A stretch of DNA of 64,000 bases, taken from NCBI RefSeq assembly GCF_036588685.1, contig NC_086381.1, forward strand, positions 12,462,001 to 12,526,000, read 5' to 3'. A model generated the notes under the pieces. The model had not been told where the DNA came from. It did no database searches and saw only the letters and a list, made by a program, of their open reading frames with translations. Every line of letters begins with the position of its first letter. The stretch's first letter is position 1. Below, one piece after another: positions 38,178-50,652 of this stretch. The DNA is from Mytilus trossulus (lineage: Eukaryota). Position numbers and translations under genes: made by a program.

Positions 38178-40345
38178 AATGTTGAATATATTCATAGTAA
38201 TGAAAATATGTATGATGATTATCTTGATAGCTTTATATCATATGAAGAAGTGTATAATGTACTGTTGTCTTCAAAAAATGGTAAATCGCCTGGCTGTGAT
38301 GAAATTACGGTTGAACTTTATAAGAATCAAACTGCATTGTTAGCTTTAACTCGAATTTTTAATATTTGCTTTGACTCTGGTAAGATACCTGCTTTATGGT
38401 CGAAAGGTATCATTAATCCGATTCCAAAGAGCTCTACTGCAGATCCAAGAGACCCTATGGCATACCGTGGAATAACTTTGGCTCCTGTATCTTATAAACT
38501 TTACTGTGGTGTATTAAACTCTCGTCTTACCGTTAAACTTGATGAACTTAATTTTCTTCATGATGAACAAAATGGTTTCAGAAAGGGACGAAATACTATA
38601 GACCATATTTCTACTTTGACTACTGTCATAGAAACACGTAAATTGCGTAAATTATCAACATTTGTAGCATTTATAGACTTTAAAAAAGCTTACGACTGGA
38701 TAAACAGGGATTTGCTTTTTGGTAAATTGGAAAATTTAGGTATAAGTAGTAAAATGTTAAATGCTATTTTTTCACTTTATAGAAATGTATATTCATGTGT
38801 AAAAGTAAATGGTAATTTTACTGACTGGTTTGAGGTTAAATGTGGTTTGAAACAAGGGTGTATTCTGTCTACAATTTTGTTTAACATTTTTATTAATGAC
38901 CTTGTAGATGAAGTTAAAAAAATAGATATTGGAGTAAAAATTGATGATGAAAAAATTTGTGTACTACTTTATGCAGATGATCTTGTATTTATAACAGAAA
39001 ATGAGAAAGATTTACAAAAAATGTTGGATACTTTAAATATATGGTGTTGTAAAAATGATTTAGTTGTAAATCTAGAGAAATCAAAAATTGTACATTTCAG
39101 AACTAAGTCTATACCAAAGACAAATTTTACTTTTGTACTTAATAATAATGATATGGAAATTGTTCCTAGTTATACTTATCTAGGTTTACTGTTGTCAGAA
39201 TTTTTAGACTACAATTGTATGGCTAAGGCAGTAGCTAAATCTGCAAGTAGGTCATTAGGTTTATTAATAGCTAAATGTAAAGCTAATGGAGGTTTTCAAT
39301 TTGATACATTTACAAAACTTTTTGATACACTTGTTATGTCTGTAATTGAATACGGTGCGTCAATTTGGGGTCACCAGGATTTTTCTTGTATTAATGCTGT
39401 AAAAAATAGAGCAATGAGATTTTTTATGGGTGTGGGTAAATACACCCCTAACTTAGCCTTATATGGAGATATGGGTTGGATGCCCAGTATTATATCTCAG
39501 TGGACATGTATTTTTAGATTATGGTCGAGACTTACTAAAATGTCTCATTGTAGAGTTAATAAAAAGGTTTTCTTATGGGGCAATAGATGCTGTAATAGTA
39601 AATTTAAAAATTGGAATTAAAGAGTAAATGTGAAATTTAAAGAAATGGATATGGAGTTTTTATGTAATACTGATTTTTCTATTGATAAAAATACAATTAA
39701 ACAAATTGAAAAGGAAAATTTTTGTAGATATAAAGAGAAGTGGTACTCTGACTTAATGTACAATGAAAGAAGTAAATTGCGAACGTATAGAATGTTTAAG
39801 CAATGTTTTAATAGAGAAAAATATTTATGTATTAATATGCCTGGAAAATATAAGAGTGCATATGCTAAATTTAGATGTGGTGTTGCACCTCTGAGAATAG
39901 AAACTGGCCGATATGAAGGCATTATGGTTGACAATAGATTATGTTTTAATGAGCAATGTAAGAAAAATAACATTATTGAAGATGAGAAACATGTCTTAAT
40001 TAACTGCCCAGTATATGCAGATTTACGAGCTATTTTATTTAGACATGCTAGCTCTTTTAATTGTGATTTTGTTAATTTGTCTGATGATGATAAATTCAAA
40101 TTTTTATTCACTGATGAAAATGTGTGTTACTTTTTAGCCAAAATCTGCTATGATGTATTATTAAAAAGAAAAGGTATTATATATAATTGTAGATAATAAT
40201 GTGTTTTGTAGAAATTTTATAGTCTCTCATAACTCTTTTTAGAGTGGCTCATGTTGTTTTAAATATTACTGTAATTTTATAAATGTATAAATGTATGTCA
40301 ATTTTGAGGTGAGACTCTAATAAAGTATTTGTCTTTGTCTTGTCT
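38178..40345 (+). mobile_element. Young 5'-truncated LINE of a related family (RT plus C-terminal domain, one in-frame stop)
   Basis: ORFs 38076-39620 and 39630-40196 are in the same frame, separated by one TAA. Motifs GKSPGCD, QNGFRKGRNT, FIDFKKAYD, LLYADD, IETGRY...EDEKHVLINCP. AATAAA plus (tcttg)n tail. Sits inside an LTR. Confidence 0.93.
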
Positions 40346-40829
40346 TAGATATAGGAAGATGTGGTGTGAGTGCCAATGAGACAACTCTCCATCCAAATAA
40401 CAATTTAAAAATTAAACCATTATAGGTTAAAGTACGGCCTTCAATCTTGTCTACTTGACCATCAAGTTAACAGAAACTAATGTAGCATCTGCTATTTGTC
40501 CCAGAATACATAATTAAATTTTCATTATGTCATAAATTTGTTTATCTTTAACTTGTACTGACTAATAAATTATATAACAGTCTTTGCGAAATTGAGCAAC
40601 TCAAATTCCATTCTTAATAACAGCACATTGATACCAATAATCTATAATAATATCAGGAATAGTTAAATGGATAGTTTACAACATAGTTTGTTCAAAAGTT
40701 ATGTCAAATCTACTTTTATAATTTAAAGCATCAACTTTCTATATACTTTATATTGAACAATAACAATATAAAACACAATTTTACATTACAATAATCGCCC
40801 TCCCTTTAAAAAGATGACTATTCCACCAA

Positions 40830-41663
40830 TCATATAAATCAGATTTTGTTGTTGCCGAAACAGTGTCATATCAAATTCTTGCATGATCTTCCAAATGGAA
40901 AAGGAAAGATTCTTCACTCTTTTGTTTCGATAAATCATTACAAGAACAGTATTGTCTAAAAGTATTCAACCACGTTTCAGGGTTTTGTGAATTGTCACCC
41001 TTAAATTTTTCAATTTTTAAAATAGAAGACATATTAAATATTTTCATAGGAGGTATTCTTGTCCTACCTGCTGAAATAGCTGCTGTTGCGGTTGATGTTG
41101 TTGTTCTTGGTGGTGCAGATGTCGTTGAAACTGCTATAGTAGATGCGGTTGTTGATGCTGTCATAACTTCTATTAATGCCGTTGCAGTGTTGGATGAAAA
41201 ATGAGACGGTATCTGTAAAGACAGGCAATGAGAGTTTATTAACCGCCAATGGAGTTCCAAGATAAGGTGGTTGCACTGGTCCAGGTGTTCGTGTCCCTGC
41301 GGAAATCGTCAGTAAGGCTTGCGGAATTTTAGGTCGAACCAAACTTGTTGGTTGTAAAGTCCTTATTGTGGTTGATACGATGGACGGTATAAACGGGTTG
41401 TAAACAAGAACAGGTCCAGTTGGTTGGTCACAACTATATTGAGGAGGTAGTGTCCACGGATCTTGGACAAAAGGTATTGTTGTGTCTTCACGTTCAGGTA
41501 ATTTATGTTCGAACTGATGTTTAACTACCAATTCCTCCTCTTCGGGCAAAATGTCCAGTTGGTAAAACGTAGTGTCTAACTTATGATGTTCTGCCTCTTT
41601 GTTGTAATTAAGAGGTGTTTTACCAGGCTTTGTAGGTTTTTCTGTTGCTTTAAACATCCTCAA
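40830..41663 (-). pseudogene. Frameshifted, truncated retrotransposon gag
   Basis: Pro/Thr-rich N-terminus, then IEKFKGDNSQNPETWLNTFRQYC...FHLEDHARI*YD, a retrotransposon Gag capsid-like motif with W replaced by a stop. Confidence 0.75.
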
Positions 41664-43970
41664 ACCATTCTATTGTGTCAATTGTTATCGTGTTTTGAAA
41701 CCCTAGCTAAAGTATTGACGTTTGCCACAATGAAGGGGGAAACAAACTCACAATCAACTGTAGAGAGGTCGGAATCAGCCGAACAGGAAAAGCTAGAATA
41801 CAATAATTGTTCGAATTGTTTAATGAAGAACAAATTTAAAACATTACAATATTAGATAATATTTGACACATTGTTTTTTCCAAAGTAATTGTAAATTGAA
41901 AACATTAATAAAAATGAAACATACATTTTTAAATTGTTGTTTTATGATAAAACAGTAATAAAGAATACAGTACTTTAATATGATCTAAAAACTTTCTTTA
42001 CTGAAAAATAAATAAATTTAACTATTAGAAATTATCTGAAAAATAAATAGTTTATTTCAAATTATTTCAAACTTACCTAGAATACAATAAGTGTTCCAAT
42101 TGAACGCAAATTGTAAACCTAGTCTTTTATAGACTTTATTGTAATTACGGATTATCAAATTATCTTTGAAGCCACGACCACTACTGATAAACTTTCGAAT
42201 CATGGACGTAACAAACAGATGTTTACGATTATTGTTTAATTATACGTCCAATACTTGACCTTCGAATAAACAGAATCTAATGTAGCATCTGCTATTTGTC
42301 CCAGAATACATAATTACATTTTCATTATGATATAAATTGTCATAAATTTGTTTATTTTTAACTTGACCTGACTAATAAAATATTTAACAGTCTTTGTGGA
42401 ATTTAGAAACTCAATTTCCATTCTTAATAACAGCATATTGATACCAATAATCTATAATAATATCAGGAATAGTTAGATGGATACTTTACACCATAGTTTG
42501 TCCAAAAGTCATGTCAACTCTACTTTTATAATTTAAAGCATCAACAATCTATACTTTATATTGAACGATTGCAATGTAAAACACAATTTTACATTACAAT
42601 TTAACCAATAGTCGTTAATTTCTATATCATTTAGTCTCTTGTGGAGAGTTGTCTCGTTGGCAATCATACCATATCTTTCAAAATAGTTTGAAAACAATGT
42701 TAAATGCAACTTACAAAAGAGGAGGCAGTCTTGCAATTGTATGATATTATTAGTGTCATTTAAGCTAGATGATATAAACCGTTTAGCATATTTCCGAACA
42801 ACACAACAAAGCTCTTTTCTGTTTAATTTGCGTGTACGTATATAAAATAGTTTACCCCAAAATAATATATATTAATTAAGTAGGGTTTTTTTTATTAAAA
42901 AAATAGATGAAACAACAAAAAATCCTTATTGCTTACAGACTAACAGAACAACAGAGAGGCGATTTATAATTGATGTGTAGTTGACGTTTTTTTTTAACTC
43001 AGCATGTATATCGTAGAATGATCGTGTACATTTCATTTTAAACCATTTACCCTTTTTTAGTATATAATTGCAGGATATTTATGGTTCTGCGGTACCTGTG
43101 AAAATTGTACATATCAAAATTCTAAACCAGTTATTGTGTGAGAGCGTATTACAGACACCTGCCTAAACTATCATGTATACCGGGCTCAGTGATTTCCAGA
43201 GAATGACACCTGCTTTAACTATCATGTATTTAGAGCTTATTTAGACCAAAACACAATTTCATCACGGTCGTCACCTTTGTCATAGTATACCTTGTATTGA
43301 GTTTCAATATCTATAATAACGTATATGATATAAAGTTTCATTGTTAGACCTAATTAACTTAAGTATCATAAAAGAAATGTCTTGATTGCATAGTATACCT
43401 TTCGAGAATATAGAACTCAATTAGCATTACCAACAAATCCATATTTATTTCGTTGTTCAATTGAATTCAGAAGGTTTCCATTCTGTTTCTATGGAAACCG
43501 TTTTTTTCTCTTTGAAATATCGTATATCTCTTTTCCCTATGTATAATTATCCTGAAAGCTCGTGACATTTTCTCAAACCTACCTGTGATTTAAGGGTTAA
43601 AATTCCGTCATTATTCAATAAAAGACAAGCAAATTACAGCATCAAAGGTAAGGATTTTCATTTTTCCAGGCTAAAATCTTATCTCAAACTATAAACAAAA
43701 CAGTTTTTAAGTTCTTTATTAGTGATGATTTATTCAATTTTTTAATATTCACAAAGTAAAGAAACTACATCATAAATACAAGATTAATAAAGAACGAAGC
43801 TGAACACACTGTAAAATAGAAAGTTTAGATTCTTTTTCGATATTCAGTATTAATCTTTTTGCAATTTTTTACTTTCATCTAAATATAACAATTTAAAAGT
43901 AAAGACAGCTGTTTATTTTTTTCTTATTAATTTGAAAATTGGATCATTTTTTTGTAATCCATTTCTTCAG

Positions 43971-46208
43971 ATGCTGATGGACGAAACTGATCAAATATCT
44001 TTAAAAAGAAGATTTTATTCGACAGAGAAATTGGACGAAACATATCGCAGAGTAAATCCACAGAGGAGGTCTTTTTTGCAAAATTTCAAATCTCAATGTT
44101 ATTGTTCCAATAAACGGGCATGGAATATTCTAACAACCGTCCTTCCGTTTTTGAAATTTACTGCAGAATACAAAGTTAGTAATATAGTATGTGATATCAT
44201 CAGTGGATTAACAGTCACAATGCTGCATATAGCACAAGGTATAAGCTTCGCCATGTTGGCCGGTCTCAAACCGCAATACGGGTTATATACATCAATATTT
44301 CCAGTTGCAATATACTTTATCTTTGGAACATCTCAGCACGTTTCCTTTGGGTCAAACGCAGTGTTGGCTATTTTAACCAGAAATGTAATACAGAGAGAAG
44401 TTGAACTACAGAGAGAAGGTTATTATTTGAACACTACAACTTCTGCCTATGCCAGACAGTTTCCTATAAATGCAAGTGAAGGTTACATGTCCTTTACAAC
44501 AGAGCCCACTATGATTTCATCAGGGGCAATGACTGCAAATACGTCATACCAACCTGTTAATTACACTACCACTACAAAGGTAATACCACCAACAGATGAC
44601 GATGACTATTCTAGGCTAAAAGGAGAAATCGGTGTTATTGCTTGTTTGCTGACTGGTATTTGGTTGACAGGATTTGGAATCTTACGATTGGGATGGATTT
44701 CAAAGTATTTGTCAACTAGTTTTATTGGCGGTTTCACAACTGCATTGGCCATTCATATTGCATCATTAGAAATTCCAACCATGCTTGGTATACAAGTTTT
44801 ACCTCGTTTTGGTGCAGGAAGATTAGTATATCTGTATGTTGACCTATTTACAGAAATTAAGATGACCATTCTTGGTGACTTCACAATTGCCTTGGTTACT
44901 CTGGTTACCATCTTGACATATAGAATTATAACAAGTAAATACAAAATACATCTAAAATTCCCTATACCTTTAGAACTGCTTATTGTGGCAATCGGTATTG
45001 TTGCTTGTTATTTTGGGAAACTGGAGAGCAATTACGACATTACGGTACTTGGCGAGGTACCAGTCGGATTTCCAATACCTTCAGTGCCTACATTACAACG
45101 AAGTTCTAACATGATTTCTGATTGCTTAATTATGGCGCTTTTAATATTTATCATTTCCGTTTCAACAGTAAGAACTGCAGGGGTAAAAGAAAAACAGTAT
45201 ACGGACTACAACCAAGAACTGATAGCATATGGGCTCTGTCATGTTTTTTCTTCTTTCTTTTCTTGTTTTCCTCAAGCCACTTCACCACCAAGAACAATGA
45301 CTCTCAAACACTTGCGCGCTAAGACAACTTTTCACGCGATAGTAACTATAATCATAATGGTTTTAGTCATTCTATGGATTGGACGTGTTTTTGAATCCGT
45401 ACCTATGGCAATGATAGGAGCCATCGTTGTGGCATCGATGATAGATTTGTTTGCTCAGTTCTCTAAATTACCAAAGTACTGGAAAGTTAACAGGTTTGAT
45501 TTCTTCACGTGGATGATCACTTTTCTGGTATCAATATTTGCTGATTTAGATTATGGATCAGTTACTGGGGTTGTTTTTTCGTTCTTATCTGTTGTCATCC
45601 AACACCAAATTGCAAAAGGGCGCACAATTGGGTTTTCCGATAAAGAAAGTGTAACTTTTGATGAAAAGAGAAGAATTCACGTAAAAGAATTTCCATCGGT
45701 TAAAGTATTTATGTTTGATGCACCAATTATTTTTGCAAATGCTGAAATATTCAAAGACAAACTCTATCGACATGTTCCTAAACCTAAAATTAAGACGGAA
45801 GCTGCTCGTTTGCCATCTAGTGATTCTGTTGGGAACAGAACCAATGAAAGCGACTACTGTGATAACTTAAACGTAAATGGTCACGTGCATGTAAAGAATG
45901 ACAAAATTTGTTCAGTGGCCAAGTTGAAACACGTGGTTATCGATTGTCAAAAGGTGAATTATGTTGATATTTCTGGAGTAGATGTTCTTACTGAAGTAAT
46001 AAAAGAATACAAGGAAGTTGAAATCAATGTTTATTTTGTTAACTGCTCGACGAGAGTCAGAGATGTACTACAAGCTGCAGGTTTCTTCAAAACATTCCCG
46101 AAAGATCACATTTTCTACGATGTATTTGATGCCATATTTGCAATTGACAATTCTTTTCTAGGTACCCCGCTTAAAATTTCAATGGTCGAAGAGATAACAA
46201 AGCTATGA
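43971..46208 (+). CDS. SLC26/SulP anion transporter, copy 3 (divergent paralog), single coding exon, 745 aa
   Basis: Motifs DIISG, HIAQG, YGLYTSIFP, FGTSQH, NQELIAYG and STAS (IDCQKVNYVDISG). ATG at 43971 directly follows the acceptor tttcttcAG; candidate upstream UTR-exon donor GTAAGG at 43648. Ends in ITKL, a class I PDZ-binding motif. Confidence 0.95.
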   Translation: MLMDETDQISLKRRFYSTEKLDETYRRVNPQRRSFLQNFKSQCYCSNKRAWNILTTVLPFLKFTAEYKVSNIVCDIISGLTVTMLHIAQGISFAMLAGLKPQYGLYTSIFPVAIYFIFGTSQHVSFGSNAVLAILTRNVIQREVELQREGYYLNTTTSAYARQFPINASEGYMSFTTEPTMISSGAMTANTSYQPVNYTTTTKVIPPTDDDDYSRLKGEIGVIACLLTGIWLTGFGILRLGWISKYLSTSFIGGFTTALAIHIASLEIPTMLGIQVLPRFGAGRLVYLYVDLFTEIKMTILGDFTIALVTLVTILTYRIITSKYKIHLKFPIPLELLIVAIGIVACYFGKLESNYDITVLGEVPVGFPIPSVPTLQRSSNMISDCLIMALLIFIISVSTVRTAGVKEKQYTDYNQELIAYGLCHVFSSFFSCFPQATSPPRTMTLKHLRAKTTFHAIVTIIIMVLVILWIGRVFESVPMAMIGAIVVASMIDLFAQFSKLPKYWKVNRFDFFTWMITFLVSIFADLDYGSVTGVVFSFLSVVIQHQIAKGRTIGFSDKESVTFDEKRRIHVKEFPSVKVFMFDAPIIFANAEIFKDKLYRHVPKPKIKTEAARLPSSDSVGNRTNESDYCDNLNVNGHVHVKNDKICSVAKLKHVVIDCQKVNYVDISGVDVLTEVIKEYKEVEINVYFVNCSTRVRDVLQAAGFFKTFPKDHIFYDVFDAIFAIDNSFLGTPLKISMVEEITKL

Positions 46209-46488
46209 AAAAGATTGTCAAAGAGATATGTTTTGTTATTAGTCACTTATTTATCAAAATCTTTAAAAAGTTCGATGTTTGTGATGTGTTAGATATGATC
46301 AGAAGACAATGTTTGGATAAGTTGTTAAACATTTCTGAGAAGTTTTGAAATATTGTCGTATATAACCCTACTTTAATTTCGAACGTGAATGTTGCGTCTC
46401 TTTTATGAAGTATTTCGTTTCGTAAATGCAAAAGACTCGAACGAACACACAATCCTTATGTGAAGCAACATTGTCAATCTGTTATCAA

Positions 46489-46946
46489 TAGAAAGCACAG
46501 AAGTTTCACTATTTGTACAAAGACGTCTTTTTGGCATTTGCCTTTTTCAAAATTGATTAAAATTCTTGGTTACTATTTCAAATTAGATTTCAAGGTCTAA
46601 ACTTTTTGTTGTTGCTTATGTGTGGTAAATGGTAATATTAATCTCAATAAATGGATCGCCTGTCAAGTTTGTTATATAATTTTCACAGACGACACATTTA
46701 TTTTGAATGCAACATTGCCATCCTTAAATATATCAGTAGAAGGCACAGAAATTTCAGTAATTGTGCGAATTTTTGACTTTTGACTTTTTCAAAATTGGCA
46801 AAAATTCTTAGTTACCATTTGAATAAGTTTCAAGGTCTACACGTGTTTGGGTTTTTTGTTGTTGCTTGTGTGGTAAATGGACGTATCAATCTCAATAAAT
46901 GGATCACCTGTCAAGTTTGTTATGATAATTTTCACAGACGACACAT
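46489..46946 (+). repeat. ~250-bp tandem duplication in the probable 3'UTR of SLC26 copy 3
   Basis: 46489-46698 matches 46738-46946; each unit contains ctcAATAAAtggatc. Confidence 0.85.
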
Positions 46947-49900
46947 AACTTTTTCTTCTGCGACTATTAGATTTATGTATTAGTCTCAGTTTTTATACAT
47001 AATCCTTTCAAATGTGAACTCATATCTAGTTGAATATATATAAGAATGTTTACAAAAATGAAAACACATTAATTTTGAATTTGAGAAAGCTTTTTGTATT
47101 TCAAAAACATTGTTGTGACTTCGCTGTAAATCTATATTGTAATTTTTCATATATTATGTAATCTTATAAAAGTTGATGAAACCCTATTTGATTACATTAT
47201 ATTTGTACGTTTGTTAAATAATAAGTGTTTCAAATATTGTTGGTTGATTTATTTTTGCTAAATGCCCAGTGACAAATATGATGCATGTTCAGAACTTTTC
47301 AAACATTGAAACATCATAAACTCGTATAAATAGTATAAATAGGAAGTAACTTGTACTTTATCAGTCAAACCTGATCTACCCGTGAAGTTTGTTCTATTGT
47401 ATTAGGTCAATAGAATGCAGCAAACTCATTATCAGACAATTATAGATTTACAATGTAAATAATAGTTTCACGCTCGTTCATTATAGATGGTAGCCGGTCT
47501 TCCATTTCAGATGGTCTAATAAGTGTGACTCCCATGCTGTTAATTATAGTTAGAGCTTCGTAAATGCATTTACGGTCGTAAATTGCAATTAGCTCGTAAA
47601 TGAAGGTGTGTTTCTGTATAAAGAATCATATATGCAAGATATCAGACGCTGTTGATATTGAAATATGTCGTTTTGGATCCCCAAAAGAAGACTCAGTGCA
47701 ACTGTAATTTGTAGTACTTACTAGATATTAACGAAACATAAGTACAGGCGATATTAAAGCAGATACTTCTTGGGTTTTTTTCTAAAAGCATTGCTGCACT
47801 TTTTGTATCTAATCAAAGTACGTAGAGGCGAGTGTCATATTCAGTATTCGTATTAGTTGGCAAAAAATGTTCTGTAATTTGGAATAAATACTAACTATGA
47901 CAAGGAGTTCAGATGCATGTGTTTTACAGACATAACCAATTCAAATTAAGTTCTCCTAAACATCATTGTTTACTAAATCCAATGTTTTATGAACTAAATA
48001 GATAGAGAAAGATGTGGTATGAGTGTCAATGAGACAACTCTCCACCCAAGTCACAATTTATAAAATACCGTTATATATAGGTCAAAGTACGGTTATCAAT
48101 CAACACGGGGCTTTGGCTCACATCGAACAGCAAGCTTACACATTGCACTTTATTGGAGTGCATATTTATTCAAACGTAAAAAATCTCTACAAATTAGGTT
48201 ATATTATTAAACCTGTTTCGTCTAATTTACATTTTGCAGTATAATAAGTAGCTTTTAATGTTGATGCTATTTAAAGATATCAAAGAGATCTTCAAATGCA
48301 TATGATAATACACATAAAAAGATGGATAAATTGTTAGTGAAGCATGTATAACTTTAGCTACTAGTATTACTTTAAAAAGTCACTTTTAATATGATAAATC
48401 TAGTATCTTATGAACTATATGAATCAGTGCATTAAAAATATACCATCTAGATTGAGTTTAAAAGTTAAGTTTGCCAGTTTGATTGTAATGTACACCAGTT
48501 TTAAAGTCGTGCACATCAGATTGAAAGAAGTACTCGCCAGTTTCAAGTCGTCTTCGCCAGTTTTAAATGATCGATCGCACGAGCTGTCAAGTATAGTCGG
48601 AGATTGCTCTAACTTCTAATGGATTTTCTGGGTGCATGGACGTCATATTGCCGTCTGCATAAAGCATTAAACTCGCTTGCATATTTCAGATCTTTTCTGT
48701 CTCAAAATTGTAACTCACTCAAGTAGGTAAATCAAACATCGATTCTCTTTTTTTTTTTATTTTACTCCACGTGAATATCTAACTTTTATCAAATTATAAA
48801 TACACTTCTTCAACACAAACGAAGTGTTTTCATTTAATTCAATCAACCATCCGTTTTCAGCTTGTATGCTAGACGTTCAAATCTCACAGTGTTGATTTCT
48901 TGTAATCATTAGAGCTTATCAATGCAAATAGGTATACACGCACGACATTTGCATACGATAGATTTGATCATTGAAGTAAAATGAAGTCAATATAATGCTT
49001 CCATGATTTGATGAAGAGATAAATCTTATTAGAAATATGGGTCACCAGAGTTATACTTATTTATCAACTACAAAATGTATGTGCACAAAATGAAATGACG
49101 CAATCACAGGAAAAAGGACATTAATTTTCTCGTCCTGGATATGCATGAAACAATTGCCACTGCCGGGACAAACAAATAAAGCAAAATCAACAAATCAGAT
49201 AAAATTCACGTTACACAACCAATAATTATACTTAATTAAACCAGGACATCACTTCGAAGTATATAAATCAAGACTTTTCTTTACATTCAATTTGCATGTA
49301 TATCATCATTATTTAAAACTTTTGTCTAAGAATCAGCTTGAGCTTCATGTCTTCACTGTGTGTGATGACTGATGCTTCTGGCCTGATCCAGTGACTTGAT
49401 ATTGTCAGCTTTTGTGTGTAAAGTAATATCTAGTGGCCTGTATTCTTTCATGTATACCATTTCTATTTGGTTAAAACAAATGTCAAACGTTGTTTGAATC
49501 CGTATTGTATATAAACAATATTGACAAGGCCGACATCTAAGAATTAGTTGAACATAAAAGATAGAATCATCAAGAAAATTCAAACTCCGAGAGGAAAAAG
49601 ACAATATTCGAAACTGTTATTGATTATCTTCTGCCATCTGAACTTCAAAAATTAGAATTATAATTCCTTGTATATGGTTATACACATAACCAGCTCATCA
49701 TACTGGTGGTTTAACTCGTTATTCTTTCAGGAATATTCGGACTAATCAAGAGTGATATTTGAAGAAGAATATGGTATGTTCTTATACATATACGCAACGA
49801 AAGACCGTTGGCAGAAAAATGGTTTTATGCAATAGGAAAGGCAGTTGTGGTATCCTTAGTAACATGTGGACCTTATTTTACTAACAGTTGTTCCTTGTCT

Positions 49901-50245
49901 TTAATTGACGACAGAAAATCAGTAACGACACAGTTTCATGACATGAGTTGTCGGGACCGGTACAAATATTGTTAGATAAAGTATATTCTTACGCCATTAC
50001 TACCAATTAAGTTTGTCATGTTAAGGCAAGACAGTACATTATATAAGTTTTTTTTATTTATAAACAAATACATCGAGAAGAATATTGATATGCAATAAAA
50101 AAAAAATCAATCGTGGTTTCGTGAAAATTGGGACCAGTCTTTCTACAAAAAAATCAGATTTCAAAATTTTATATAAACTGCTTGACAGTGATGACAAATC
50201 AGTTCAACAAAACAGTTTGATACTCATATAACTTTCATTGAGGAA

Positions 50246-50288
50246 AGAAACAAACAAAAACAAACAAACAAAAACAAACAAACAAAAA
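50246..50288. repeat. (aaac)n microsatellite
   Basis: Read directly. Confidence 0.8.
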
Positions 50289-50652
50289 ATCTCATAATCC
50301 AATGAAATGTTTATTCTGTTTATTACAAAAGAAGCATTCTTTGCCGGATTCAGAGTCTGTTGCGCGATGCATTGTCCGGCTTAATTACGATTTGCGACAT
50401 TGAAAATGAGCTACATTTAAATAAAACGATGTGAAGATTATACGTCAAAAACACAGAAATAACAAACAAAAACCACAATGAGAGAAGAAATACATTTTAC
50501 ACAAGTATTTGTGTATCTTCGTCATTTTTCTGTTTATAATTCGATTTCAAACTGGATCATTTAAATATACATTTGTCAAATGGTAATAAAGATATCGATT
50601 TTTTCCAAGAAAAAGAAAATGGAACCATATCACTTCGCCACACTGAGTTAAT

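Larger units (their letters stand above)
37266..42598 (-). mobile_element. Internally deleted Ty3/Gypsy-type LTR retrotransposon with ~930-bp LTRs (41673-42598; 37266-40790, interrupted)
   Basis: Two long diverged direct repeats starting TGTAATG on the minus strand; polypurine tract aaagggagggcg at ~40810-40796; gag relic between them. The element splits a SINE-like host repeat (gaaggctgtatggttac | atagtcgttaatttc...gagagttgtctc). Confidence 0.8.

Noticed and set aside
43932-43970. ORF-track start of SLC26 copy 3 (TTG, MKIGSFF...)
   Set aside because: This is the intron polypyrimidine tract and acceptor; the eukaryotic start is the ATG at 43971 (or 43977).
48400-50000. Possible Penelope-like RT or other coding relic that could mobilise the retrozymes
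   Set aside because: No RT, GIY-YIG or other recognisable motif seen in the ORF track or by eye; no autonomous partner is evident in this window.
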